Source: Candidatus Cloacimonadales bacterium (GTDB lineage Bacteria > Cloacimonadota > Cloacimonadia > Cloacimonadales > JAFGVF01). Taken from it: DNA of 64,000 bases. The position numbers and the translations under genes are program-made. A model generated the notes under the pieces. It ran no database searches. It saw nothing but the letters and a program-made list of their open reading frames with translations, and was not told the DNA's origin. The stretch is from positions 1,184,001 through 1,248,000 of the forward strand of contig OY759729.1 of assembly GCA_963662585.1 (NCBI GenBank), read 5' to 3'. Positions 62,206 through 64,000 of this stretch are shown here, piece by piece; position 1 is the first letter of the stretch; each line of letters begins with the position of its first letter.

Positions 62206-63741
62206 TTATTCCCACTCAATAGTTGCTGGTGGTTTTGAGCTGATATCATACACAACTCTATTTACACCACGAACTTCATTAATAATTCTATTAGATACTC
62301 TTTTCAAGAATTCATAAGGAAGCTCAGTCCAGTCAGCAGTCATACCATCAGAACTATTAACAGCTCTTAAGGCACAAACATTCTCATAGGTTCTTTCATC
62401 ACCCATTACGCCAACAGATTGAATTGGTAATAGCACGGCAAATGCTTGCCAAGTAGTGTTATATAATCCTTTATCGCGTAATTCAGTGATAAATATATTA
62501 TCTATATTTTGGAGAAGTGTAACTTTTTCAGGAGTAATATCGCTAATAATTCTAACAGCTAAACCAGGTCCTGGGAAGGGATGTCTATCAACTAGAGTTT
62601 CACCTAAACCTAGTTCTCTTCCTACATTTCTTACTTCATCCTTGAATAATTCTCTTAGAGGTTCTACCAGCTCCATATTCATCTTTTCAGGTAAGCCACC
62701 CACATTATGATGTGATTTAATTGTAGCAGAAGGACCTTTAAAAGAGACGCTTTCGATTACATCAGGATAGAGAGTACCTTGGGCTAAAAACTTAGCTTTA
62801 GGGAACTTCTTAGCTTCTTGGTCAAAAATATCGATAAAAGTATTTCCGATAATCTTTCTCTTTTTTTCTGGGTCAACCACACCAGCTAGCTTTGATAAGA
62901 AGATATCAGCAGCTCTTACGGTATTTAGTTTTACTCCAAAACCATCTTGGAATATTTTTTCAACCTCTTCAACTTCATTCTTTCTTAATAGTCCATTATC
63001 AACAAAAATTGGAATAAGATTATCGCCAATTGCCTTATAAAGAAGAGCGCAGGCAACTGAAGAATCAACACCTCCAGAGAGACCCAAGATTACTTGATTA
63101 TCTCCCACCTGCTTTCTAATCTGATCAATACTATTTTCAATGAATGATAATGATGTCCAATCTTTTTTGAAGCCAACTAAATCAACAAAGTTATTCAGCA
63201 TCTTAGCACCGTTTTGGGTATGAACAACTTCAGGATGGAATTGTAGACAATAGAGAGGCTTTTCTTTATGTTTAATTGCCCCATATTCGCAATTATCAGA
63301 ATAGGCTAAGCACTCAAACTCTGCATTGATATTATGTACCTTATCTCCATGACTCATCCACACAATCTCTTCATCTGCAAGACCTTGGAAAATATTATCA
63401 TGGTTAGTTATTTTAAGTTTAGCATAACCAAACTCTCTTTCAGGAGATTGATCAACCTTATATCCTGATAAGTAAGCAATTAATTGCATTCCGTAACAAA
63501 CAGCAAAGATTGGTAAATCTAAGTCTAATATTCTTTTATCAGGAATAGGGGCATCTTCAGCATAAACACTATAAGGACTTCCTGAGAGTATTAGTGCTTT
63601 AGGATTCTTATCCAATACTTCTTGATAACTAATATTGAAAGGAACTATCTCACAATAGACTTTCATCTTTCTTATTTGCTTGGCTATTAGCTGGGTATAT
63701 TGAGACCCAAAATCTAAGATTAACAGCAGTTCATGGTTCAT
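62206..63741 (-). CDS. guaA: GMP synthase (glutamine-hydrolysing)
   Basis: LDFGSQY, CYGMQ, QFHPE, SGGVDS, KSHHNVGG and KPPATIEWE motifs. Confidence 0.98.
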   Translation of the reverse strand: MNHELLLILDFGSQYTQLIAKQIRKMKVYCEIVPFNISYQEVLDKNPKALILSGSPYSVYAEDAPIPDKRILDLDLPIFAVCYGMQLIAYLSGYKVDQSPEREFGYAKLKITNHDNIFQGLADEEIVWMSHGDKVHNINAEFECLAYSDNCEYGAIKHKEKPLYCLQFHPEVVHTQNGAKMLNNFVDLVGFKKDWTSLSFIENSIDQIRKQVGDNQVILGLSGGVDSSVACALLYKAIGDNLIPIFVDNGLLRKNEVEEVEKIFQDGFGVKLNTVRAADIFLSKLAGVVDPEKKRKIIGNTFIDIFDQEAKKFPKAKFLAQGTLYPDVIESVSFKGPSATIKSHHNVGGLPEKMNMELVEPLRELFKDEVRNVGRELGLGETLVDRHPFPGPGLAVRIISDITPEKVTLLQNIDNIFITELRDKGLYNTTWQAFAVLLPIQSVGVMGDERTYENVCALRAVNSSDGMTADWTELPYEFLKRVSNRIINEVRGVNRVVYDISSKPPATIEWE

Positions 63742-63758
63742 CTATATTCTCCTAATCA

Positions 63759-64000
63759 TTATATTCTTGAGGCTAAACCGATAAAAGGATTTTCTAACTT
63801 CTCTCTATCTATAGAAGTAAATCCTCCATGTCCGGGAATTACGATTGTGTCATCAGGAAGTATAAATAACTTCTCTTTAATAGAACTCTCTAAAGATGCA
63901 AAACTTCCACCAGGGAAGTCAGTTCTACCCACACTCAACTGAAAAAGAGTATCTCCACTAATGAGAATACCTTCTCCGTAAAGTGAGATTCCACCTGGGG
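63759..64000 (-). CDS. MBL-fold metallo-hydrolase (glyoxalase II-like), C-terminal part only
   Basis: Manual translation PGGISLYGEGILISGDTLFQLSVGRTDFPGGS...LPDDTIVIPGHG...EKLENPF; stop at 63759-63761. Confidence 0.9.
   Translation of the reverse strand, partial: PGGISLYGEGILISGDTLFQLSVGRTDFPGGSFASLESSIKEKLFILPDDTIVIPGHGGFTSIDREKLENPFIGLASRI

Noticed and set aside
1862..63942. Short ORFs nested in or antisense to long genes (e.g. 1862..2101, 8634..8924, 10739..11095, 29493..29711, 55354..55677, 57727..58062, 63733..63942)
   Set aside because: Shadow frames of well-supported CDSs with no recognisable motifs

Overview
AT-rich bacterial chromosomal window, most likely Cloacimonadota (WWE1) or a related FCB lineage. 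This is inferred from NYPNPFNP/FlgD-type C-terminal domains, PorV-family genes and a glyA indel. The window mixes housekeeping genes (glyA, rpiB, purM, pta, glyS, guaA, transporters) with a large secreted-protein repertoire: two tandem pairs of paralogous surface proteins, and an operon TBDT-ExbB-ExbD-ExbD-TonB-1052 aa CTD-like protein-PorV upstream of two CTD cargo genes. A complete class IIC group II intron sits directly behind a terminator between those two paralogs. A 3.3k-aa adhesin-like gene has its own sigma54 promoter and tandem enhancer-like sites and lies next to a TPR histidine kinase and NtrC-family activator. Unannotated highlights are a candidate sigma54-dependent ~135-nt sRNA with an anti-Shine-Dalgarno loop, and four families of REP/REPIN-like palindromic repeats. 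No tRNA, rRNA or CRISPR array was seen. All calls are by eye, with no database searches.
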